Assembly (NCBI GenBank): GCA_029932605.1
Contig: JAOZPT010000060.1
Span: 1 to 12,984 of the forward strand
Source of the DNA: Candidatus Zixiibacteriota bacterium
GTDB taxonomy: Bacteria; Zixibacteria; MSB-5A5; UBA10806; 4484-95
Direction of reading: 5' to 3'
DNA: 12,984 nt
Shown: in pieces, positions 1 to 7,378 of the stretch
How positions within the stretch are numbered: position 1 is the first letter of the stretch
Layout of the letters: each line of letters begins with the position of its first letter
Translations under genes and position numbers: made by a program
Notes under the pieces: model-generated
Databases searched by the model: none
Told to the model about the DNA's origin: nothing
Seen by the model: the letters and a program-made list of their open reading frames with translations, nothing else

Positions 1-450
1 TTAGGATCATTTTTTATTTTAGCGATTTTAATTACAATCGCCTACTCACAAACAACGAATGATGAATTAATTATAAAGAATGTAGAGGTTTATGTATTTA
101 TTAATGATATGAATGGAGATAATGACCTTTCAGCAGAAAACCTATTTAAGAGCAATCTACGACAAAGGCTAAGAGCAAAAGGGTTATCTATAGGTGAAGC
201 GGATTATTACTATGATATTACTATCGTAGGGTGGTCCTTTTATGCCGATGAACAAAAATATTTTATGATCCTTGTAAATTATTATCTATATACAGAAAAT
301 TCATATTATCCATTTTACATTCATGGCATTAGGTATCGAGGCGAATTGGCAAACGATGTTTATGATGATATAATTGCGGCTTTTGATGTAAGTTGCCTTG
401 AGCAGCAGAGAAAATTAATCGAATTATTTGGTAACGATGCGAAAGAGTAA
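1..450 (+). CDS. Hypothetical secreted or membrane-anchored protein, 5'-truncated by the window edge
   Basis: The frame of the 109..450 ORF is open back to base 1 (LGSFFILAILITIAYSQTTNDELIIKNVEVYVFINDM...). That extension looks like a signal-peptide h-region with an AYS|Q cleavage site, so the true start is probably upstream of the window. TAA at 448-450. No family recognised. Confidence 0.65.
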   Translation, partial: LGSFFILAILITIAYSQTTNDELIIKNVEVYVFINDMNGDNDLSAENLFKSNLRQRLRAKGLSIGEADYYYDITIVGWSFYADEQKYFMILVNYYLYTENSYYPFYIHGIRYRGELANDVYDDIIAAFDVSCLEQQRKLIELFGNDAKE

Positions 451-464
451 TGAGCGGCATTCCC

Positions 465-493
465 GTGCGGTCAGGTGGTTTCACCTGACGGCA
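465..493 (+). repeat. REP-like hairpin, copy 1 (singlet)
   Basis: GTGC-g-GTCAGGTG(470-477)-gttt-CACCTGAC(482-489): perfect 8-bp stem, extendable by tgc/gca across a G.G mismatch. Lies 14 nt after the upstream stop codon. Confidence 0.75.
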
Positions 494-508
494 AAAAACT
501 GTATAAAT

Positions 509-673
509 ATGAATAGACCGATCAATCAAGAAAAATCAGAAATTACTTTATTAAAAGATAGCGACTGGAGTGTAATCGACGGTGAAGTTTGTCGAGTCAT
601 TGATTTTGTTCCAATGGCTTCAATTAAAGATGGAAAAGTCTTGGTTTCGGTTGTGTCGGGTCGCCTGACCTGA
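509..673 (+). CDS. Short hypothetical ORF (54 aa), possibly a 3'-truncated gene fragment
   Basis: ATG at 509, in frame with the 428..673 track ORF (MNRPINQEKSEITLLKDSDWSVIDGEVCRVIDFVPMASIKDGKVLVSVVSGRLT). The last codons and the TGA (671-673) lie inside the repeat hairpin. No clear Shine-Dalgarno. Confidence 0.4.
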   Translation: MNRPINQEKSEITLLKDSDWSVIDGEVCRVIDFVPMASIKDGKVLVSVVSGRLT

Positions 674-708
674 CACAATTACAGTTGGGTGATGCCACCC
701 AACCACAC
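650..708. repeat. REP-like hairpin doublet, copies 2 and 3
   Basis: TTGTGTCGGGTC(651-662)-gcct-GACCTGACACAA(667-678), a 12-bp stem with one G.T pair. Then GTTGGGTG(684-691)-atgc-CACCCAAC(696-703), a perfect 8-bp stem. 654-676 matches 1116-1138 at 22/23 nt. Confidence 0.85.
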
Positions 709-737
709 AATAAAATAACCAAACATTAGGAGGTTTT

Positions 738-1091
738 GTGATTATATTTGGTTGGGGTCACACAATGGACAAGATATTTGGCCCTGTTATATTTGATGGT
801 TATTGTCCTCATTGCCATAACCACTCTGTATGGTACTTGCGTAGAATATCAGTGTGGTTCACGTTATTTTTCATCCCGATATTTCCCTATAAATATGATA
901 GAATTGTATGTTGTTCGATATGTGGATATTATCGGGATGTTAAAGCTGATGATTTTGACAAATTAAAACCATTAGCAAAGCTCAATGACAAGCTTGCTAG
1001 AAAGACTATTTCAGACCACGAATATAATATGGAAATAAGTAGGATTAATGAAGATCTAAAATCAATTACGTACAAACACCCCGTTGAATAG
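738..1091 (+). CDS. Zinc-ribbon domain protein (zinc_ribbon_15-like)
   Basis: MIIFGWG start, CPHC and CSIC zinc knuckles flanking the hydrophobic WFTLFFIPIFP motif typical of this family. GTG start with AGGAGG at 728-733. Confidence 0.8.
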   Translation: MIIFGWGHTMDKIFGPVIFDGYCPHCHNHSVWYLRRISVWFTLFFIPIFPYKYDRIVCCSICGYYRDVKADDFDKLKPLAKLNDKLARKTISDHEYNMEISRINEDLKSITYKHPVE

Positions 1092-1111
1092 CAGTTCTAG
1101 GTCGGGTTGAA

Positions 1112-1186
1112 GTGCTGTCAGGTCGCCTGACCTGACACCTTCCGGTCGGGTGAGGTCATATGACTCTTTGAGCCACCCGACTGCAC
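1112..1186. repeat. REP-like hairpin inverted doublet, copies 4 and 5 (REPIN-like)
   Basis: TGTCAGGTC(1116-1124)-gcct-GACCTGACA(1129-1137), perfect 9-bp stem with GTGC foot at 1112. Then GTCGGGTG(1145-1152)-21 nt-CACCCGAC(1174-1181) with a GTGC foot on the minus strand (GCAC at 1183-1186). Confidence 0.85.
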
Positions 1187-1343
1187 AACAATACTACCGG
1201 CTTTTAGTACAATTCGTTTTGAGACGGTTTCTATAATTCTGTTCATCATCAGATGTAATTAAAAAAAAGCAAACGAGAATGCGTGCTTTCTATGGAATGC
1301 AATTATTTAAATCGTTCTCATTTCCTTTAACTTAACAATCTCC

Positions 1344-1372
1344 TTGCCATACTCAAACATCTTTGTTAAAAT
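1344..1372 (+). promoter_or_regulatory. Sigma70-type promoter for the yebC-cysS operon
   Basis: TTGCCA (1344-1349), 17-nt spacer, TAAAAT (1367-1372), with an extended -10 TG at 1364-1365. GGAGG at 1404-1408 precedes ATG 1413. Confidence 0.7.
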
Positions 1373-1412
1373 ATAAAAAGCAATGTGTATTATATAAATT
1401 GTTGGAGGAGAT

Positions 1413-2162
1413 ATGTCGGGACATAGCAAGTGGGCGTCTATAAAAAGGAAAAAGGGGAAATTGGATGCCCAGCGGGGAAAGGCGTTTAGCAAGTTGATTA
1501 AGGAGATAACGGTGGCTGCCCGTACTGGTGGAGGTGACCCGGATGGCAATCCACGTTTGAGAGTGGCTATTGCAGCGGCTAAAGCGGCCAATATGCCGCA
1601 GGATAATATAAAAAGAGCGATTTTAAAAGGCACGGGTGAGTTGCCGGGAACACAGTATGAGGAGGCTTACTACGAGGGTTATGGACCTGGGGGGGTGGCA
1701 GTGCTGGTAATGGTGTTGACTGACAATAAAAATAGAACTGTTGCTGAAATACGTCATATTTTTGTCAAGAACGCTGGTAATTTGGGTGAAGCGGGATGTG
1801 TGGGATGGATGTTCGAGAAAAAGGGATATATTACGGTTGATTTTGATAAGGCTAAGGAAGAGGAGTTGATGGATTTGGCTATTGATGCCGGTGCTACTGA
1901 TTTCTCTTCCGATAGCGGAATTTATGAGATATATACTGATTATGTTGACTTAGATAAAATTAGAAACGCTCTTGAGAAGAAAGGCGTGGAGATTTCTACA
2001 GCCGAAATCACTCAAATTCCCCAATCCACGGTCAAGCTTGAAGGAAAGGCTGCTGAACAGATGATTCGTCTTTTCGAAGCATTAGAGGAGCATGATGATG
2101 TGCAAAAGGTATATGCCAATTTTGATATAGATGATAAGATTTTAGAGGAGCTGTCCGCTTAG
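1413..2162 (+). CDS. yebC: YebC/PmpR (TACO1) family protein
   Basis: [15 protein letters not shown]-terminus, [38 protein letters not shown]. 249 aa, usual position upstream of ruvC. Confidence 0.97.
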   Translation: MSGHSKWASIKRKKGKLDAQRGKAFSKLIKEITVAARTGGGDPDGNPRLRVAIAAAKAANMPQDNIKRAILKGTGELPGTQYEEAYYEGYGPGGVAVLVMVLTDNKNRTVAEIRHIFVKNAGNLGEAGCVGWMFEKKGYITVDFDKAKEEELMDLAIDAGATDFSSDSGIYEIYTDYVDLDKIRNALEKKGVEISTAEITQIPQSTVKLEGKAAEQMIRLFEALEEHDDVQKVYANFDIDDKILEELSA

Positions 2163-2164
2163 CT

Positions 2165-2689
2165 ATGTTGAAGAAAGCCTACAAGGGCTCGATTTATGTT
2201 GGAATAGACCCCGGTTTAGATACTACCGGTTACGGTGTTTTAGAATGTTCGGGAGATCATGTTAAATTAAAAGAGGCGGGTGTGATTAAAACCCGGAGAA
2301 GGTTGCCGCTGGAAGAGCGATTGGCTGAGATATTTTCAAGTTTAAATGAGGTTTTCGATGAGTATAAACCCAGGTTGGTCGTTATTGAGGACCTTTATTC
2401 GCATTATCGCCATCCCAAAACCGCCATTATTATGGGTCATGCCAGGGGTGCTGTTTTTTTAAGTGCAGCGCATTCGAAAATTCCTGTTAAAAGTTATGGA
2501 GCAACAATGGTGAAAAAATCATTAACGGGTAATGGCCGGGCCTCCAAGCATCAGGTTCAATATATGGTAAGAGACAAATTGGGTTTGAATAATATTCCCG
2601 AATCACCGGATGTTGCTGATGCATTAGCGGTGGCGCTCTGTCATATAAATCATCTCAATAATAAAAGGGGAACAATAATTGATTTCTAA
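2165..2689 (+). CDS. ruvC: Holliday junction resolvase RuvC
   Basis: GIDPG, VVIE, VKKSLTGNGRASK and PDVADALAVA motifs contain the catalytic acidic residues. The exact start is less certain than the identity. Confidence 0.96.
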   Translation: MLKKAYKGSIYVGIDPGLDTTGYGVLECSGDHVKLKEAGVIKTRRRLPLEERLAEIFSSLNEVFDEYKPRLVVIEDLYSHYRHPKTAIIMGHARGAVFLSAAHSKIPVKSYGATMVKKSLTGNGRASKHQVQYMVRDKLGLNNIPESPDVADALAVALCHINHLNNKRGTIIDF

Positions 2690-3308
2690 GATAAAAGGCA
2701 TGATAAGCGAACTTGGTCCTGATAGGGTTTTTATCGAGGTTGAGGGGTTAACTTATGAGGTGATGTTGCCCTCCGGCTTGATTGATAAGCTTCGCCAGAA
2801 AACCGATAACAAACCTGCTGAACTTTATACTATTTATTATATTGAGGGTTCAAATGTCGGCAACCAGTATCCGCGCCTGGTGGGTTTTGCCGACCCCATC
2901 CAGAGAGATTTTTTTACAATTTTAACCAATGTGAGCGGTTTGGGTATAAAAAAGGCTTTGCGTTCTTTGGTCTTACCGATAAACATTATTGCCAGAGCCA
3001 TAGAATCTGAGGATGTCAGGCGTTTGACTGAATTGCCTGGTATAGGTCCTCGTATGGCCGATAAGATGATAGCTGAACTTAAAGGCAAGGTTGCTAAGTT
3101 TGCTTTGGTTCGTGATGATCAGCCTCTGGTGACACCAACCAAACAACCAGATTTTACCTCCGAGGTAATGGATGTTTTAAAACAATTGCAGTATAACCCG
3201 GCTGAAGCTAAACAGGCAATAGAGAAAGCACTGGCTACCGGCCGACATTTCAAATCATCCGAGGAAATGATTCAGCAGATATTCAAACAATCAAAAGGGG
3301 CCTGGTGA
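2679..3308 (+). CDS. ruvA: Holliday junction branch migration protein RuvA
   Basis: MISKIKG start (TTG), GLTYEV, helix-hairpin-helix motifs VSGLGIKKA and LPGIGPRMADKMIAELKGK, C-terminal helical domain. Lies between ruvC and ruvB. Confidence 0.94.
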   Translation: MISKIKGMISELGPDRVFIEVEGLTYEVMLPSGLIDKLRQKTDNKPAELYTIYYIEGSNVGNQYPRLVGFADPIQRDFFTILTNVSGLGIKKALRSLVLPINIIARAIESEDVRRLTELPGIGPRMADKMIAELKGKVAKFALVRDDQPLVTPTKQPDFTSEVMDVLKQLQYNPAEAKQAIEKALATGRHFKSSEEMIQQIFKQSKGAW

Positions 3309-3326
3309 CAGGGGTAAGTTAACGTT

Positions 3327-4349
3327 ATGCGCCAACGCATTGTTACGCCAAAAGCTTATTCTGCAGAAGATGAAAAAAATATCGTTTCGCTCAGGCCCTC
3401 GAGACTTTCTGAATATATAGGCCAAAAGCAGGTTGTGGAAAAATTATCGGTGTCGCTTGAGGCTATCAGAAGACGTGCTGAGACCCATGAACATATTCTT
3501 TTTTACGGTCCCCCGGGATTGGGCAAGACAACGCTGGCTCACATCATTGCTAACGAATTGGGCACAAAGATAGTTTCAACCTCCGGGCCATCGCTTCAAC
3601 GCACAGGTGACCTTATGGGTATCCTCACCAACCTGGATACCGGTGATGTGCTTTTCATCGATGAGATCCATCGGCTCTCCCCGGCTGTCGAGGAATTTAT
3701 TTATCCGGCTATGGAGGATTTTAAAGTGGATTTTGTTGTGGATAAGGGAGTATACGCTAGGGTCATAAATGTCCCTTTGAAAAGGTTTGCATTGATTGGT
3801 GCGACAACCCGGGCTGGTCTATTGAGTGGTCCTCTTCGCAACCGATTTGGTATCTTTCACCATATCGATTTTTATCCAGAGGATGAACTTGCCCAAATTA
3901 TTCAACGCTCGGCGAAAATCCTTGAAACGAAAATTGATAAAGAGGCCTGTTATGAGCTGGCTCGTCGAAGCCGCGGGACACCTCGAATCGCTAATCGCCT
4001 TCTGCGGCGGGTCCGTGATTTCTCTTTAGTCAAGCGGGATGGCGTTATCAACATTGAAGCGGTTAACTCCGCCCTTGAGATAGAGGGCGTTGATTCGGCT
4101 GGTCTTGATAACCTGGATGTAAAATTTCTTACAACCATTATTAGTTATTACGCCGGTGGACCGGTTGGAATTGAAGCCATAGCGGCGACTATAAACGAAG
4201 AGGTGGATACGCTTGAGGAGATGGTAGAGCCGTATCTCTTAAAAATCGGTTTTTTAAAACGCACCCAGAAAGGACGGGTGGTTGGCCAGTTGGCTTTTGA
4301 CCACCTCAAGCAAAAACCAGATGGTGACATCCAAAAGAGATTGCTTTAG
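3327..4349 (+). CDS. ruvB: Holliday junction branch migration ATPase RuvB
   Basis: LRPSRLSEYIGQ, Walker A GPPGLGKTT, Walker B LFIDEIHRL, GATTRAG, SRGTPRIANRLLRRVRD, GGPVG, EPYLL. Confidence 0.98.
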   Translation: MRQRIVTPKAYSAEDEKNIVSLRPSRLSEYIGQKQVVEKLSVSLEAIRRRAETHEHILFYGPPGLGKTTLAHIIANELGTKIVSTSGPSLQRTGDLMGILTNLDTGDVLFIDEIHRLSPAVEEFIYPAMEDFKVDFVVDKGVYARVINVPLKRFALIGATTRAGLLSGPLRNRFGIFHHIDFYPEDELAQIIQRSAKILETKIDKEACYELARRSRGTPRIANRLLRRVRDFSLVKRDGVINIEAVNSALEIEGVDSAGLDNLDVKFLTTIISYYAGGPVGIEAIAATINEEVDTLEEMVEPYLLKIGFLKRTQKGRVVGQLAFDHLKQKPDGDIQKRLL

Positions 4350-4350
4350 T

Positions 4351-4572
4351 ATGCCAGAACTGGGAAAGATACTGGTTACAGTAGGAATATTTCTTGTGGT
4401 AATAGGTGGTTTACTATTTGTGGCTGGTAAGATCGGTTTTTTGGGTCAGTTGCCGGGCGATTTCATCATCAAAAAGAAAAATGTAACCATTATATTCCCA
4501 TTGGCTACATCTATACTTTTTTCAATAGTCTTATCGCTTATCTTTTATCTTATCAGGTTCTTTAAGAGATGA
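4351..4572 (+). CDS. DUF2905 family small membrane protein (73 aa)
   Basis: Start reassigned to ATG 4351, 1 nt after the ruvB stop. Two hydrophobic helices around GQLPGDF...FPLATSILFS. The family commonly sits between ruvB and queA. Confidence 0.9.
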   Translation: MPELGKILVTVGIFLVVIGGLLFVAGKIGFLGQLPGDFIIKKKNVTIIFPLATSILFSIVLSLIFYLIRFFKR

Positions 4573-5612
4573 AAATAGATATCGTCGATTACGATTATAA
4601 ACTATCCAGCGACAGGATAGCTTTATACCCCAAGAGCCCCAGATATTCTTCACGGCTTTTAGTGCTTGATCGTCAGAAAAATTACATTGAACACAGATCG
4701 TTTTTTGAAATAGATGGTTATTTCAGAGAAGGCGATGTGCTCGTTTTGAATAATTCGAAAGTTTTCCCCGCTCGCTTAATCGGCAACAAGAAAGATACCG
4801 GTGGAAAAGTGGAGATTTTCCTGTTACGAAACTTAAACGGTAGCAAATGGGAAGCACTCGTCAGGCCGGGTAAAAGACTCTCTCCGGGGACAATGGTTGA
4901 ATTGGCTGATAAAAAGATTCTTGCCGCTATAGGTGAGAGGACCCGTGTCGGAGGACGAGTTGTTGAGTTTTTCCCCGATGGCGATTTGATGGAATTGATC
5001 TGGCGGTACGGAGAGGTGCCCCTGCCACCATATATCAACCGCAAGGCCGAAGAAAAGGATAAGGAAACATACCAGACCGTTTACGCTAAAAATGTTGGTG
5101 CAGTAGCGGCACCAACTGCCGGTTTTCATTTCACCAAAGAATTGTTGGACAAAATAGGCGCATTAGGAGTGGAAATCGTTTATCTGACTCTTCATCCGGG
5201 ACTGGGAACTTTCAGACCAATAACAGTAGCTGATGTAACCAAACATAAAATGGAAAAGGAGCTTTATTCAATACCCCAACAAACAGCTGAATCTGTAACA
5301 AAGGCAAAACAACAAAATAGAAGAATAATAGCTGTGGGCACAACAACCGTGAGGGCTCTGGAGAGCTCATATGATGAGCGCACTGGCTGTTTGAAACGTG
5401 CCGATAGTATGTATACGGATAAGTTTATTTATCCTCCCTACCGATTTAAAGTCATAGACTGCCTTCTAACGAATTTTCATCTTCCCAAATCAACTCTTCT
5501 TCTATTAGTGTCGGCTCTAGCGGGCAGGGAGAAGATATTCTCTGCGTATCATGAGGCAATCAGGGAGAGATATCGTTTTTACAGCTATGGCGACGTTATG
5601 CTGATACTATGA
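4569..5612 (+). CDS. queA: S-adenosylmethionine:tRNA ribosyltransferase-isomerase
   Basis: PLPPYINR, YQTVYA, GAVAAPTAGFHF, GLGTFRP, AVGTTTVRALES, TNFHLPKSTL, YRFYSYGD. Confidence 0.98.
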   Translation: MKIDIVDYDYKLSSDRIALYPKSPRYSSRLLVLDRQKNYIEHRSFFEIDGYFREGDVLVLNNSKVFPARLIGNKKDTGGKVEIFLLRNLNGSKWEALVRPGKRLSPGTMVELADKKILAAIGERTRVGGRVVEFFPDGDLMELIWRYGEVPLPPYINRKAEEKDKETYQTVYAKNVGAVAAPTAGFHFTKELLDKIGALGVEIVYLTLHPGLGTFRPITVADVTKHKMEKELYSIPQQTAESVTKAKQQNRRIIAVGTTTVRALESSYDERTGCLKRADSMYTDKFIYPPYRFKVIDCLLTNFHLPKSTLLLLVSALAGREKIFSAYHEAIRERYRFYSYGDVMLIL

Positions 5613-6301
5613 AAACAACAAGAAACTTAGCAGTAATTGTAGCTTCAGGTCTTGGTGCAAGAATGGATGCTGAATTACCCAAGCAATTTATGGAGATATC
5701 CGGAAAGCCGATTCTGGCTTTCACCATGGACTGTTTTGAGAGATGCAATATTATCGATGAAATTGTCTTGGTTGTCCCGGATGATTATTTAGCTTATACC
5801 TCAAGGGCGATTGTTGACAGATATGAATATAAAAAGGTGAAAAGGATTATGTGTGGTGGGGAAACAAGGCAGGAATCGGTGCTGGCAGGATTGACGGCTT
5901 GCCCTCGAGCTACTGATGCTGTAGCGATCCATGATGGTGTGCGCCCATTTGTAAGGAATACTTTAGTCAAACGTCTTTTTCAAATGGTTGAAAGGACAGG
6001 AGCAGTTATTCCAGCTGTGGGGGTCAAGGAAACTGTAAAACTTATAAACGAAGATAAAGTTGTCAGTACTCTGCCAAGGGAGAAGGTTTACATCTCTCAA
6101 ACGCCACAGGTTTTTGATTATAGCAGGATATTTGATATACATAAAATGGCGGCTGAAGCTGAATATGAGGCTACCGACGATGCCATGTTAGCAGAGCAAT
6201 ATGGTATGGAGGTGATGGTTATACACGGTTATTATGATAATATCAAAATCACAACGCCCGAGGATTTGGTTTTAGCACAGGAGATAATGAAAAAATGGTG
6301 A
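5609..6301 (+). CDS. ispD: 2-C-methyl-D-erythritol 4-phosphate cytidylyltransferase
   Basis: ASGLGARM...PKQF, GGETRQESV, IHDGVRPF, QTPQVF, TDDA, NIKITTPEDL. Directly upstream of ispF. Confidence 0.96.
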   Translation: MKTTRNLAVIVASGLGARMDAELPKQFMEISGKPILAFTMDCFERCNIIDEIVLVVPDDYLAYTSRAIVDRYEYKKVKRIMCGGETRQESVLAGLTACPRATDAVAIHDGVRPFVRNTLVKRLFQMVERTGAVIPAVGVKETVKLINEDKVVSTLPREKVYISQTPQVFDYSRIFDIHKMAAEAEYEATDDAMLAEQYGMEVMVIHGYYDNIKITTPEDLVLAQEIMKKW

Positions 6302-6777
6302 GAACCGGTATCGGATTTGATGTGCACAAGTTAGTTGCGGGTCGAAAATTGATTCTTGGAGGGGTGGAGATACAATACCCAAAAGGGCTTGCCGGGCACT
6401 CCGATGCTGATGTCATCTGTCATGCTATCGCTGACGCACTTCTAGGGGCAACCGGAATGGGGGATATCGGCTTACTATTCCCTGACAGTAACCCTGAACT
6501 TGAAGGTATATCGAGTTTACAAATACTTTCCGAAATAAACAGGCTTTTATGTCAGGAGAAGTATAAAACCGTTAGCATCGATGTTACCGTTGTTGCTCAG
6601 GAGCCCAGGATAGCATCATATGTTGGGCGTATGAAAAGTAATATTGCTGGGGTTTTGGGGATAACGGCAACTTCTATTAATATCAAGGGGAAAACTACAG
6701 AGGGTTTAGGTTTTATTGGACAGAAAGAGGGAATAGCGGCGATATCTGTTGCAACTGTAGCCAAATATGAGCTTTGA
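6295..6777 (+). CDS. ispF: 2-C-methyl-D-erythritol 2,4-cyclodiphosphate synthase
   Basis: GIGFDVH, GHSDADVICHAIADALLGA, GDIG..FPD, KTTEGLGF. Confidence 0.98.
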   Translation: MVRTGIGFDVHKLVAGRKLILGGVEIQYPKGLAGHSDADVICHAIADALLGATGMGDIGLLFPDSNPELEGISSLQILSEINRLLCQEKYKTVSIDVTVVAQEPRIASYVGRMKSNIAGVLGITATSINIKGKTTEGLGFIGQKEGIAAISVATVAKYEL

Positions 6778-7378
6778 AGGAATACTTTTTTATTTGACCT
6801 CCCAACAGGCGGTCATCATATATATGATTGTTTTTGTAAGTGCTTTTATAGAAAATGTCTTCCCTCCGTTTCCCGGTGATACTATAACTTTGGTCGGAGC
6901 ATTTCTTGCCGGTTATGGCGAAGTGGGATATATTCCGCTTTTTATATTTGTCGTTATCGGTGGCATGTCGGGGGCGATGTTGCTTTATTATCTGGGACGA
7001 ACGAAAGGTCGATCGTTTTTTATAAAATATAATCGCTCGTATCTTAAAATAGACAATCTATACCGTATTGAAGGTTGGTTTAAAAGATGGGGTGTTTTAG
7101 TATTATTGGTATCGCGTTTTATTGCCGGTTTCAGGTCGTTGTTAGCCATTAGTGCCGGGATAGGTGTTTTCCCGGTGCCAAGGATGGCGTTTTTCACCTT
7201 GATAAGTTTCTGTATGTGGAATACATTTTTAATAGGAGGGATGTTTTTATTAAAATCGAACTGGCGGAAACTCGTGGGGTTTATCGATTCGTATAATACG
7301 GTTTTTTTAATAATTAGTGCTCTTGTGGTTACAGGTTGGCTGGTGATAATTTACAAGAGGAGTTCTGCTAAGAGATGA
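6767..7378 (+). CDS. DedA family membrane protein
   Basis: FIENVFPPFPGD, YYLGR, FKRWG and SRFIAGFR motifs of the DedA/SNARE-associated domain, plus several transmembrane segments. Confidence 0.92.
   Translation: MSFEGILFYLTSQQAVIIYMIVFVSAFIENVFPPFPGDTITLVGAFLAGYGEVGYIPLFIFVVIGGMSGAMLLYYLGRTKGRSFFIKYNRSYLKIDNLYRIEGWFKRWGVLVLLVSRFIAGFRSLLAISAGIGVFPVPRMAFFTLISFCMWNTFLIGGMFLLKSNWRKLVGFIDSYNTVFLIISALVVTGWLVIIYKRSSAKR

Noticed and set aside
428..508. Upstream extension of the 428..673 ORF
   Set aside because: Overlaps the previous gene and runs through hairpin copy 1. ATG 509 is more plausible.
465..1186. Repeats as integron attC sites
   Set aside because: attC needs RYYYAAC first and GTTRRRY last with bulged L boxes. 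The only match (GTTGGGT 684-690, ACCCAAC 697-703) is in the reverse order and too short. No integrase is present in the window.
465..1186. Repeats as a CRISPR array
   Set aside because: Spacing is irregular (tens to hundreds of nt), intervals contain ORFs, copies are diverged and inverted, and there are no cas genes.
465..1186. Hairpins as intrinsic terminators
   Set aside because: None has a U-tract immediately 3' of the stem on either strand. Copy 1 is followed by an A-run on the + strand.
1261..1289. A8 run plus weak AAAGCA/TGCTTT stem as a minus-strand terminator
   Set aside because: The stem is short, AT-rich and interrupted, and no credible minus-strand gene ends here.
2165..2689. RuvC as a Cas9/Cas12/TnpB-type nuclease
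   Set aside because: It is a stand-alone 174-aa resolvase in the canonical yebC-ruvCAB context.
4282..4350. N-terminal extension of the DUF2905 ORF
   Set aside because: Overlaps the end of ruvB. The family-like sequence begins at ATG 4351.
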